41,590 bases of DNA from an uncultured Saprospiraceae bacterium (GTDB taxonomy: Bacteria; Bacteroidota; Bacteroidia; Chitinophagales; Saprospiraceae), in the NCBI GenBank assembly GCA_964571475.1, contig CAZNCI010000002.1:1-41590 (forward strand), written 5' to 3'. Below, in pieces: positions 1-7,872 of the stretch. Each line of letters opens with the position of its first letter. Within the stretch, counting starts at the first letter, position 1. Made by a program: the position numbers and the translations under genes. Under the pieces are notes generated by a model that was not told where the DNA came from, searched no databases, and worked only from the letters and a program-made list of their open reading frames with translations.

Positions 1-3
1 CCC

Positions 4-64
4 CCAAGTGTCGGTGTGAATCCCTAAGCGACCCAAAGGGAGCTTAGGTTCACGCTGACACTGG
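4..64. repeat. Palindromic repeat unit 1, a long imperfect hairpin
   Basis: The outer arm CCAAGTGTCGGTGTGAA (4-20) pairs with TTCACGCTGACACTGG (49-64). An inner stem CCTAAGC (23-29) pairs with GCTTAGG (42-48). An innermost CCC-AAA-GGG lies at 32-40. The window starts inside or next to this array. Confidence 0.7.
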
Positions 65-86
65 TGGCTTAAAGCACCCCTCCATA

Positions 87-143
87 CTCCAAGTGTCAGC
101 TTGAACCCTCCTGCGTCGGGCATTCAAACTGACACTTTTGGAG
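87..143. repeat. Palindromic repeat unit 2, same family as 4-64
   Basis: CTCCAAGTGTCAGCTTGAA (87-105) pairs with TTCAAACTGACACTTTTGGAG (123-143). Both arms are direct-repeat copies of the unit 1 arms, while the loop sequence differs. Confidence 0.7.
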
Positions 144-308
144 AAATCAATGAGGTTAGAGATAAAAACTTAATTCAGGCAATCGTTGTTTCATTTAAGA
201 ATGAGATATAAATAAATGTTCCTTTTTAAATTGCCATGGATAACGCCTCCTGTGTCACAAGCCCGTCCCGCACTCCTGCGGGATGCACTTAATTAAAAAA
301 AATAAACG

Positions 309-827
309 ATGCCAGCAGATAAACAAATGCCCTATTTCATCAAACCTTCTATCAATTTGCCGAAAGGCAAAAAAGAAGAAGCTTTAAAAGCAGCCTGCGA
401 TGCCATCATTATTAGTTTGCAGGAAGAGACCGATACGATTTTGAAGATGGCGACCATCAATTGCCTATTGAAGACCTATTTGCCCTACGCCTATTGGGTC
501 GGTTTTTATATCTATAAAAACGGTAAATTATCCGTTGGTCCCTATCAGGGAACACTTGGTTGTCTTTATATTGAAATGGGTAAAGGTGTTTGCGGCAAAG
601 CGGCACAGGACGAAGCGACTCAAATCGTGGAGAACGTTCACGCCCTAGAGCAGGGAGAAGCCCATATCGCCTGTGACCCCAATTCAGCTTCAGAAATTGT
701 ATTACCCGTTTTTGATGCCAATCGAAAACTAATGGCTGTACTGGATATTGACAGTACACTAACCGCTTCTTTTGATGAAACAGACAAACAGTATCTCGAA
801 GCAATGTTAAAGACTATTTTTCAATAA
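309..827 (+). CDS. msrC: GAF-domain protein, free methionine-(R)-sulfoxide reductase (YebR/MsrC-like)
   Basis: ATG start, 172 aa. The block VGFY...GPYQG...CLYIEMGKGVCGKAA...VENVH....HIACDPNSASEIVLPV...AVLDIDS is colinear with the E. coli YebR pattern as I remember it. Confidence 0.8.
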   Translation: MPADKQMPYFIKPSINLPKGKKEEALKAACDAIIISLQEETDTILKMATINCLLKTYLPYAYWVGFYIYKNGKLSVGPYQGTLGCLYIEMGKGVCGKAAQDEATQIVENVHALEQGEAHIACDPNSASEIVLPVFDANRKLMAVLDIDSTLTASFDETDKQYLEAMLKTIFQ

Positions 828-2337
828 AAACCGTACTCGTCGGATAAGCAAAGTCAATATTCAAATCCGCTGCCAATCGTAGTACTTTCAGGAGAATCTC
901 CTCTTTTACCCTTACTTCTTCGGCGTAGTCCGCCACCCCCAATTGCACCCGAAACAAAATAGACAAAGCTGAGTCATCCAGGCTTTGCAATGCGATATAA
1001 ATCCCCTCCTGACGAACAGATTCATGATTTTCGACCAGTTCTTTTAGTTGGGTGATGAATAATTCAATCTGATCCGGAGCCGTCTGATAAGTAATACCCA
1101 ATGTTGTCTGAAATAAACGATAAACCCGAACCCCCATATTGGTAATCGAACGGTTAGCCAGTGCCCCATTGGGGATGGATACAACGGAGGAGTCCGACTT
1201 TCGGATACGGGTACTTCGAAATCCCACCTCTTCAATTGTCCCGGACACATTACCATCTGTCACATAATCCCCAATTTGAAAGGGGCGGTCAATAAAAATC
1301 ATGGCAGATCCGATTAAATTTTTGACCGTATCCTGGGCAGCAAGCGCAAGCGCCAAACCACCTATCGAAATACCGGCAATCAGTGCCGTGACATTCACAT
1401 TAAAAATACTCAACAGCTGTAATACACCGCCTAGAATAATAAAAACCTGTGCAAATCTTCGTAAGATGGGAACCAGTTGTTCATCCATTTTACTCGTGGT
1501 CGTCTGGGTAAATTTATGGGTATAATTCATCAATATATCAACAATACGGAGGGCGATAAGCACCACGAGAATAACAGAAAGTACCCGAATGATAGAAATG
1601 GCATACTCCATCGATGTCACAGGAAGTAAGAGCACCGGAAGCAGCACTTTAATAAATCGAATAATAATTAAAATACTGATGTAACGAGCGATTTTATGTA
1701 CAGAAAATTCACTCATTTTTCGAACAACAGCCGGGTGCCTTTTCAACCTGCCAAATATAAGGTTCAATATCCTACTTAAAATAATATGCAAAATCAGCCC
1801 AAATATCAAGATCAAAAACAAACCCAAATATTGCCAGATGGCTAAGCCTAGAATCTTTGATTGCCCCATCATCGGCAGGTAGTTCAACAAACGGTCTGTC
1901 CCGTAAGGGAAGACTTTTTTATGAAGACTCGGAATTTCTCTTACCGTTTGTTCCGAATACAGCCATTTTCCTTCTTTTTTTTCTAAAAATATTTGAGGCA
2001 TCTCCTTAGGGAAAGGCGTAAAAATCGCCTTGTGCGTCAGGCTATCGATGTAATCCGCATTAGTTGGAATTTGATTAAACACTACAAATAAGCCCTGCCC
2101 GTCCAAAATTTGCTTGAGCTGGATGGAACGTTTTTTAATTTCATCCGCAGACAAATCCATCCGGGATAACGCCTGTGCCGCTTTCTCCGGCTGATAGGAA
2201 TTTTTTTGTAAATAGAATAAATGTACATACATCGAATTATTGGGAGATTCGAGTGTAATGGGCACACTATTCGATGATTGTGAAAACAAATTCGACGTAA
2301 GGAAAAGAGAAACTAAAAGAATAAAGTACTTTTGCAT
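814..2337 (-). CDS. Mechanosensitive ion channel (MscS family) with N-terminal signal peptide and periplasmic domain
   Basis: 507 aa with signal peptide MQKYFILLVSLFLTSNLFSQ and several TM helices. The MscS beta-domain motif is FQIGDYVTDGNVSGTIEEVGFRSTRIRKSDSSVVSIPNGALAN. Its 3' end overlaps msrC convergently by 14 nt. Confidence 0.85.
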   Translation of the reverse strand: MQKYFILLVSLFLTSNLFSQSSNSVPITLESPNNSMYVHLFYLQKNSYQPEKAAQALSRMDLSADEIKKRSIQLKQILDGQGLFVVFNQIPTNADYIDSLTHKAIFTPFPKEMPQIFLEKKEGKWLYSEQTVREIPSLHKKVFPYGTDRLLNYLPMMGQSKILGLAIWQYLGLFLILIFGLILHIILSRILNLIFGRLKRHPAVVRKMSEFSVHKIARYISILIIIRFIKVLLPVLLLPVTSMEYAISIIRVLSVILVVLIALRIVDILMNYTHKFTQTTTSKMDEQLVPILRRFAQVFIILGGVLQLLSIFNVNVTALIAGISIGGLALALAAQDTVKNLIGSAMIFIDRPFQIGDYVTDGNVSGTIEEVGFRSTRIRKSDSSVVSIPNGALANRSITNMGVRVYRLFQTTLGITYQTAPDQIELFITQLKELVENHESVRQEGIYIALQSLDDSALSILFRVQLGVADYAEEVRVKEEILLKVLRLAADLNIDFAYPTSTVFIEK

Positions 2338-2406
2338 ATTATTACTCGTTTGTCATTTGACACGAAGGTAACCTATTTTAATAATTGTTTTACAAAAAAA
2401 TACACT

Positions 2407-3753
2407 ATGAGGTTTAAAAGTATTTTGATATTTTTTGTAGCCATCACCACTTTGGGAACGCTACAAGCACAGGATTTTTCTAAAAAGGCAGAAGACTACG
2501 TCAATGAGTTGGTCAAGAATGACCAATTCAGTGGAAATATAATGGTTGCAAAATCAGGAAAAATCGTTTATTTAGCCAATAAGGGCTATGCCGATTATTC
2601 TTTCAACATAAAAAACACTCCGGCAACCCGTTTCCGCATCGGGTCAGTCACCAAGCAATTCACTGCATTTTCAATACTATTGTTGGTCGAACATGGAAAA
2701 CTTAAATTAACCGACCATATCTCGGATTACATCCCCAACTACCCTAAACCCTATGGTGACCAAATAACGATTCATCAGTTATTAACTCATACTTCCGGTA
2801 TTCCAAATTATACCGAAGACGAAACCTTTTTTAAAAACAGAGGCTGCTTAGAGGATGACAGCCCCGATGAATTTATCAGGCGCTTTTGGAATAAACCTCT
2901 GGACTTTACACCTGGAAGTAAATTTAGTTACTCCAATTCCGGCTATTATCTTTTAGGCGTAATTATCAATCATCTTAAAGATCTTGATTACGAGGAAGTA
3001 CTTAAAAAGGTATTGAGTGGTGCCCAAATGGAAGAAAGCGGCATGGAGAAATATCAGGCAGTTATCCCTAATTTGAGTGCCGGATATGCGGCTATTGGCA
3101 CACACCCAAAGGAATGTAATTTCATCAAGGTGGATTTAGCGGCCTTCTCTGCCGGAGCAATGTATTCCACGGCAACCGATTTGTACAAATGGCATTTATT
3201 TTTGAAAGAGCAGGATTTGGTTTCACCTGAATTGATGGCTAAATATTTTACACCGGAGAAAGAAAGTTATGCTTATGGCTGGCTGGTATCCAATATAGAT
3301 GGGCATGACATACAATGGCACAATGGAGGGATTGATGGCTTTGTTTCTTACATTGCCCGTTATCCAAAGGATGATCTATTCATTGCCGTATTATCTAACT
3401 ACGAAGGTGCGCCTATAGATAAAATGGGCATGGATTTGGCAAAAATGTATTTTGGCAAGCAAGTCGCAACCCCTACCATGCCAAAAATAGTAAAGGTCGA
3501 TCCAAATATTTATAATGATTACGTTGGCACCTATAAGTTAGCTCCAACTTTTGATATTGTTATCACAAAAGAAGATGACCGACTCATGCTCCAGGCAACG
3601 GGTCAGGATAAATTTGAAATTTTTCCGGAATCAGAAACATTATTTTTTCTGAAAGTTGTGGAAGCAAAAGTAGAATTCATCAAAGGAGAAGACGGCAAAG
3701 TAAAAGAACTGATTTTGCATCAAAATGGGAAGCAAACAGGCGTTAAACAATAA
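2407..3753 (+). CDS. Secreted serine hydrolase of the beta-lactamase (class C/PBP-like) family
   Basis: An SxxK motif (SVTKQF) follows FRIGS. The YSNSGY motif (YxN) and HNGG are also present. I chose the ATG at 2407 (MRFKSILIFFVAITTLGTLQAQ signal peptide) rather than the TTG at 2332. Confidence 0.8.
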   Translation: MRFKSILIFFVAITTLGTLQAQDFSKKAEDYVNELVKNDQFSGNIMVAKSGKIVYLANKGYADYSFNIKNTPATRFRIGSVTKQFTAFSILLLVEHGKLKLTDHISDYIPNYPKPYGDQITIHQLLTHTSGIPNYTEDETFFKNRGCLEDDSPDEFIRRFWNKPLDFTPGSKFSYSNSGYYLLGVIINHLKDLDYEEVLKKVLSGAQMEESGMEKYQAVIPNLSAGYAAIGTHPKECNFIKVDLAAFSAGAMYSTATDLYKWHLFLKEQDLVSPELMAKYFTPEKESYAYGWLVSNIDGHDIQWHNGGIDGFVSYIARYPKDDLFIAVLSNYEGAPIDKMGMDLAKMYFGKQVATPTMPKIVKVDPNIYNDYVGTYKLAPTFDIVITKEDDRLMLQATGQDKFEIFPESETLFFLKVVEAKVEFIKGEDGKVKELILHQNGKQTGVKQ

Positions 3754-3764
3754 TATAAAAAGGT

Positions 3765-3788
3765 GGCAGTCCAAACGAACGGACTGCC
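3765..3788. terminator. Stem-loop between convergent genes
   Basis: GGCAGTCC (3765-3772), an 8-nt loop, then GGACTGCC (3781-3788). It lies 12 nt after the hydrolase stop. No clean U-tract follows on the + strand. Confidence 0.45.
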
Positions 3789-3795
3789 GCTTATA

Positions 3796-3805
3796 CCCCC
3801 CCCCC
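3796..3805. repeat. C10 homopolymer tract
   Basis: Ten consecutive C residues sit in the 68-nt gap between two convergent genes. Confidence 0.9.
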
Positions 3806-3821
3806 AGGGACAAAGTAAATC

Positions 3822-4511
3822 TCACAACCAGTCTGTCCACGGTCCCACCTGTGTCTCGAAATGCTCATTCTCTGCCAATCGTGCTAAAAAGTCAGTTCGG
3901 GGAATAGCCCTGGCGCCAAGACTAGCGAGGTGACTGGTTTCCATTTGACAATCAATAAGATCAAATCCCTTTTGGCGCAAAGCCTGAACAATGGAGATGA
4001 ACCCAAATTTGGAAGCATTGCTAACCCTGGTAAACATCGACTCCCCAAAAAACATCCTGCCCAGAGAAAGACCATAAAGCCCTCCAACCAGCTCATCCTC
4101 CTGCCAGACTTCTACCGAATGAGCGAAGCCATCCTTGTGTAGTTGATAATAAGCATCTACAATATCCGTCGTAATCCAGGTCCCTTTTTCTTTACGGGTT
4201 TCACCAAATTTGCAATTCAGAATGACATCCAAAAAGCGGGTATCATAGGTGACGAGAAATTTTTTCTGATTAAAATAAGGGCGCATACTCCTGGCAATCT
4301 TCAATTCTTCAGGAAATAAGACAAAGCGTGGATTGGGAGACCACCAAAGAATCTCTTCACCGGGATTAAACCAGGGGAAAATCCCAACCCGGTAAGCCTC
4401 CAAAAGCCGCTTACTGGAAAGATCACCCCCAACAGCTAATAATCCATCCGGATTCGCATAGGAAGGATGAGGAAAATTAACACTATTCTCATGTAATTCA
4501 AAAATAGGCAT
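3822..4511 (-). CDS. aat: Leucyl/phenylalanyl-tRNA--protein transferase
   Basis: The motif string GLLAVGGDLS..RLLEAYRVGIFPWFNPGEEILWWSPNPRFVLFP matches the Aat family. The ATG at 4511 (MPIFELH...) reproduces the E. coli N-terminal spacing and lies just downstream of the clpS stop. The long ORF version starts at 4538. Confidence 0.85.
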   Translation of the reverse strand: MPIFELHENSVNFPHPSYANPDGLLAVGGDLSSKRLLEAYRVGIFPWFNPGEEILWWSPNPRFVLFPEELKIARSMRPYFNQKKFLVTYDTRFLDVILNCKFGETRKEKGTWITTDIVDAYYQLHKDGFAHSVEVWQEDELVGGLYGLSLGRMFFGESMFTRVSNASKFGFISIVQALRQKGFDLIDCQMETSHLASLGARAIPRTDFLARLAENEHFETQVGPWTDWL

Positions 4512-4515
4512 AAGC

Positions 4516-4836
4516 TTATTCGTCGTCACCTCCTTCAATCACAGCAGAGAGCCCCCGCTCCACCAAAGCATCCTTTTTAGGTTTCAATTCTTTTTTAGGA
4601 CCGGTTTTTACCGTAGCCTTCCCCTTAAAGTGAATAATAAATGCCAACTGCTCCGCCTGTACATCCGAATGGTGAAGCACATCAACAAAGGCTTTGATTA
4701 CCCAGTCAAAAGTATTTTCATCATCATTATAAACGACAATGTAGGCACCAAATCCCGTATCAGAAGTCTCTTCCTCTTCATCAACGATGACATCAATATC
4801 TTCTTCTTCTAAAGGTTTATCTAACATTTTTAGCAT
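4516..4836 (-). CDS. clpS: ATP-dependent Clp protease adaptor ClpS
   Basis: 106 aa. An acidic N-terminal tail precedes the ClpS core YIVVYNDDENTFDWVIKAFVDVLHHSDVQAEQLAFIIHFKGKATV. Confidence 0.85.
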   Translation of the reverse strand: MLKMLDKPLEEEDIDVIVDEEEETSDTGFGAYIVVYNDDENTFDWVIKAFVDVLHHSDVQAEQLAFIIHFKGKATVKTGPKKELKPKKDALVERGLSAVIEGGDDE

Positions 4837-5059
4837 ATAATAAAATGGTAAAAAAGGGATTAATGAATAAAATAGTCCATTCTACTGCATGAACAAACAC
4901 CCAAAATTAAGGATTTTTAAGATAAAAAACCATGTTAATGGAATTTCTTTTACTGAAATGAGTGTAAAATCAGTCCGACTAAAGGCAAATAAGCAGGCAC
5001 GACAATCTTTTTGACAAATTTTTTATCCCATTGGGCTTTCATTTTTAGAAAAAAAAACT

Positions 5060-5067
5060 TACCTTTG
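5060..5067 (+). promoter_or_regulatory. Bacteroidetes-type -7 promoter element (TAnnTTTG) for rpmE2
   Basis: TACCTTTG is an exact match to TAnnTTTG and ends 37 nt upstream of the ATG at 5105. I saw no exact -33 TTTG. Confidence 0.5.
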
Positions 5068-5104
5068 CACTCCGAATTTAAAAAGAGTAGAAAAAAGATA
5101 TACA

Positions 5105-5371
5105 ATGAAAAAAGATACGCATCCGGAAAATTACAGATTGGTCGTATTTAGAGATATTTCTGTTGAAAAGGATTTCCTTTCAAAATCATGTGCTCCCAGC
5201 AGAGAAACAGTCGTATGGGAAGACGGAAATGAATACCCATTAATTAAAATGGAAATTTCAAGTTATTCTCACCCTTTCTTTACGGGTAAGCAAAAATTTG
5301 TCGATACGGCAGGACGTATTGATAAATTTAACAAGAAATTTTCTAATACAAAATTTGCAAAGAAAGACTAA
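5105..5371 (+). CDS. rpmE2: 50S ribosomal protein L31, type B (no Zn-ribbon CxxC)
   Basis: 88 aa, [10 protein letters not shown]....[24 protein letters not shown]. The CxxC pairs are absent, as expected for type B. Confidence 0.9.
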   Translation: MKKDTHPENYRLVVFRDISVEKDFLSKSCAPSRETVVWEDGNEYPLIKMEISSYSHPFFTGKQKFVDTAGRIDKFNKKFSNTKFAKKD

Positions 5372-5459
5372 AAATCAATGTGCAGTACGTCATTTTTCCA
5401 TGATTGGTTGAATGATTGCCTGCCCGCTACATTTTCAAGTCAAATCAATGCTTTTTCCA

Positions 5460-5502
5460 AAAAGTCTCAGCCTTTCTCATTTAGGTTGAGACTTTTTGTG
5501 TT
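5460..5502 (+). terminator. Rho-independent terminator of rpmE2
   Basis: AAAAGTCTCA pairs with TGAGACTTTT (arms around 5460-5469 and 5487-5496). The sequence TTTTGTGTTTG follows. Confidence 0.6.
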
Positions 5503-5504
5503 TG

Positions 5505-5532
5505 TCCACATTTTTCGTATTTGTATCCACAT
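5505..5532 (+). promoter_or_regulatory. Direct repeat TCCACAT x2, 21 nt apart, upstream of the 5596 gene
   Basis: TTTGTCCACAT (5501-5511) and TTTGTATCCACAT (5520-5532). The TCCACAT cores start at 5505 and 5526. Confidence 0.3.
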
Positions 5533-5595
5533 AAAATTGCTTTTTAAGAATAGATAAAATACCTTTACCAAAGGAAAAGGAATATAATATACAAT

Positions 5596-6798
5596 ATGGC
5601 TAACATCATTTTATTTGACAGCGAAGAGCGAGCTCACTTATTACCTCTTACTTATACACGCCCCGTATGCGAGATCAGAGTCGGCATCCTGACCATCAAA
5701 GAAAAATGGGAACGTGCCTTAAATGGAGAAATATCCTATATTACTCAAGATTATTTAGCCGAAAAATATCCGCTGGAATACGGCAAAGAGAATTATGTCA
5801 TCAATGGCTCCGTATTGCCAACACCTCAATTGCTCCGCCTAATAGAGCAAATGGACTATAATGATGCTTATCTCTTAAACGAGGAATTGATTGCGGCCAA
5901 ATTGGACGAACGCCAATTCGAACGACTCATTCACGATAAAGATATTCCCGACCTAAAAGGAATCGACCTCGATGATACTGAAATACTAAAAATCAACCAC
6001 CTTTGGGATATTTTTCAAATAAACAACCAAGCCATCAAAGCTGACTTTTCTCTATTAACCAAAGGACGAAAATCGGCTGCCATTCACGATTCCAATACCA
6101 TTATCGGGGAAGGTGATATTTTTATTGAAAAAGGAGCGCAGGTTTTTGGTGCTTTTCTAAATGCCACTAACGGTCCCATTTATATTGGTAAAGATGCGCT
6201 GGTGATGGAAGGAGCAATGCTAAGAGGAAGCCTCGCTTTACTGGACAATTCAGTGGTCAAAATGGGGGCAAAAATCTACGGAGCCACCACCGTCGGAAAA
6301 TACGCCAAGGTTGGTGGTGAAATAAAAAATAGTGTCATCGGTGATTATTCCAACAAAGGTCACGATGGTTATTTAGGGGATGCTGTACTCGGGAAATGGT
6401 GCAATATTGGAGCAGACTCTAATAATTCCAATCTAAAAAACAATTACGCCGAAGTAAAAATGTGGGACTACCCCTCAGAAAAATTCATCAAAACCGGCAC
6501 TCAATTTTGTGGACTTATACTAGGAGACCATACCAAATGCGCCATCAATACCGTATTTAACACAGGTACGGTAATCGGGGTTGCCTCTAGTATTGTCGGG
6601 GAGGGTTTTCCACGAAACTTCATTCCTTCATTTACCTGGCGGACACCTAACGGATTTCAAACACACCGGACAGATAAAGCCTTTGAAACGATGGCTTTAG
6701 TCATGGCTCGACGTGGTATAGACTTCACCACACAGGATCGTCTGATTATGATTCGCGTATTTGAAGATACGGCCAAATTTAGAAAGTGGGAGCACTAA
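5596..6798 (+). CDS. Putative sugar nucleotidyltransferase (GlmU-like, left-handed beta-helix C-terminus)
   Basis: 400 aa. The N-terminus ILFD....LLPLTYTRPVCEIRVG is nucleotidyltransferase-like. The C-terminal half carries hexapeptide-type repeats (IGKDALVMEGAMLRGS..VVKMGAKIYG..VGGEIKNSVIGDYSNKGHDGYLGDAVLG). Confidence 0.65.
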   Translation: MANIILFDSEERAHLLPLTYTRPVCEIRVGILTIKEKWERALNGEISYITQDYLAEKYPLEYGKENYVINGSVLPTPQLLRLIEQMDYNDAYLLNEELIAAKLDERQFERLIHDKDIPDLKGIDLDDTEILKINHLWDIFQINNQAIKADFSLLTKGRKSAAIHDSNTIIGEGDIFIEKGAQVFGAFLNATNGPIYIGKDALVMEGAMLRGSLALLDNSVVKMGAKIYGATTVGKYAKVGGEIKNSVIGDYSNKGHDGYLGDAVLGKWCNIGADSNNSNLKNNYAEVKMWDYPSEKFIKTGTQFCGLILGDHTKCAINTVFNTGTVIGVASSIVGEGFPRNFIPSFTWRTPNGFQTHRTDKAFETMALVMARRGIDFTTQDRLIMIRVFEDTAKFRKWEH

Positions 6799-7820
6799 AA
6801 ACTCCCATCTGACTCCTTATAAATAACAGCTAATAATACCTGCCCTACCGCCCTCAATGTTCGAGAGTCAATGATGTCCATATTATCATTATGGGTATGG
6901 TGATAACTGCCAAAGGTTTGACCTTCGTTGTTTATCGGCAAATTAATAATATCCGTCATTGGTATGCCCGTATATTTCATAACATAAATATGGTCATCGG
7001 TAATTCCTCCTCCCTGACGATTCTGAAAATAATTTCCATACCCCATTTTTCCGGCTAATTCCCATATTGAATTCGTCACATAAGGAGAGCCCTGCATAGA
7101 ATAGCCCTCTTTGGGAAACTGTGCATTTCTCGCCCCTACCATATCCAATAATATACCAAATTTAGGTTTTATCCCAGAAAAATTCCTGCCGTAATATTGA
7201 GACCCCAATGCCCACGTCAGAGATGCTGCTCTTTGCTCTTCCTCTGTCTTGTGCTCCCGACTATCCCCATAATCCTCAGCATCAAAAAACACCAAATCCA
7301 CCCCCATGCCTTTAAGTGGCGTTTGGGATATTTGTCTGGCGAGCTCTAATAATACACCGACACCACTACCACCATCATCGGCTCCCAGAATTGGCTTATC
7401 CTGATCTTTTGTACTCCAGGGGGAGTCTGCAATATGCCGGCTATCCCAGTGAGTAGATAATAAAATTCGCTTAGATTCTGCTGGATTTATTTTGGCAATA
7501 ATATTGGTTGCTGGAAATTTATCTCCGGTATAAACAGCAGCTTCAAACTTTTGCTCCTCGACACTCCATCCGTACTGCTTCAATCTTGCAACAATAATAT
7601 CCTTCGCTTTTTCATGCGCCTCCGTCCCTAGTACTCTCGGACCTAATTCAACCTGCTCCTTAATAAAGGCATAAGCCGTATCTCGCTCAAAATGAGGAAC
7701 AGTTGCCATTTTTTTGGGTTTAGGTTTTTCTGTATGTAATGTAGTATCATGATCATCCTCCCCACAAGCAAAAATCAAACTTATCGTAAACAAAACAAAA
7801 AGTAACTTAATCTTATTCAT
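6795..7820 (-). CDS. M28-family metallopeptidase / glutaminyl-cyclase-like lipoprotein
   Basis: The metal-ligand motif pattern is HWDSR, GADDGGSGVGVLLELAR, FFDAEDYG, LLDMVG and HHTHND. The ATG at 7820 gives a lipoprotein signal, MNKIKLLFVLFTISLIFAC. The 7853 start in the ORF track is TTG. Confidence 0.8.
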   Translation of the reverse strand: MNKIKLLFVLFTISLIFACGEDDHDTTLHTEKPKPKKMATVPHFERDTAYAFIKEQVELGPRVLGTEAHEKAKDIIVARLKQYGWSVEEQKFEAAVYTGDKFPATNIIAKINPAESKRILLSTHWDSRHIADSPWSTKDQDKPILGADDGGSGVGVLLELARQISQTPLKGMGVDLVFFDAEDYGDSREHKTEEEQRAASLTWALGSQYYGRNFSGIKPKFGILLDMVGARNAQFPKEGYSMQGSPYVTNSIWELAGKMGYGNYFQNRQGGGITDDHIYVMKYTGIPMTDIINLPINNEGQTFGSYHHTHNDNMDIIDSRTLRAVGQVLLAVIYKESDGSF

Positions 7821-7872
7821 AATTGATGCCGCTCTCTGCGGTATTTTAGGCAATTTAAAATATTTTGATATA

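Noticed and set aside
457-804. 115-aa antisense ORF inside the msrC-like gene. The same applies to the similar shadow ORFs in the track (for example 1044-1256, 1301-1525, 2082-2267, 3884-4142, 4630-4812, 8707-8961, 9255-9727, 14032-14634, 16772-17111, 17893-18174, 21993-22205, 22779-23433, 25153-25564, 27973-28182, 29357-29701, 30777-32025, 35624-35812, 36215-36971, 38995-39258, 40474-41078).
   Set aside because: Each lies entirely within a longer ORF that carries clear family motifs, on the opposite strand or in another frame. Their translations are low-complexity or Arg/Ser/Leu/Pro-rich, as is typical of frame shadows.
3640-3907. Small ORFs (66 aa on the minus strand, 60 aa on the plus strand) spanning the hydrolase/aat convergent gap
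   Set aside because: They run through a stem-loop and the C10 tract and overlap the ends of two well-supported genes. They are most likely spurious.
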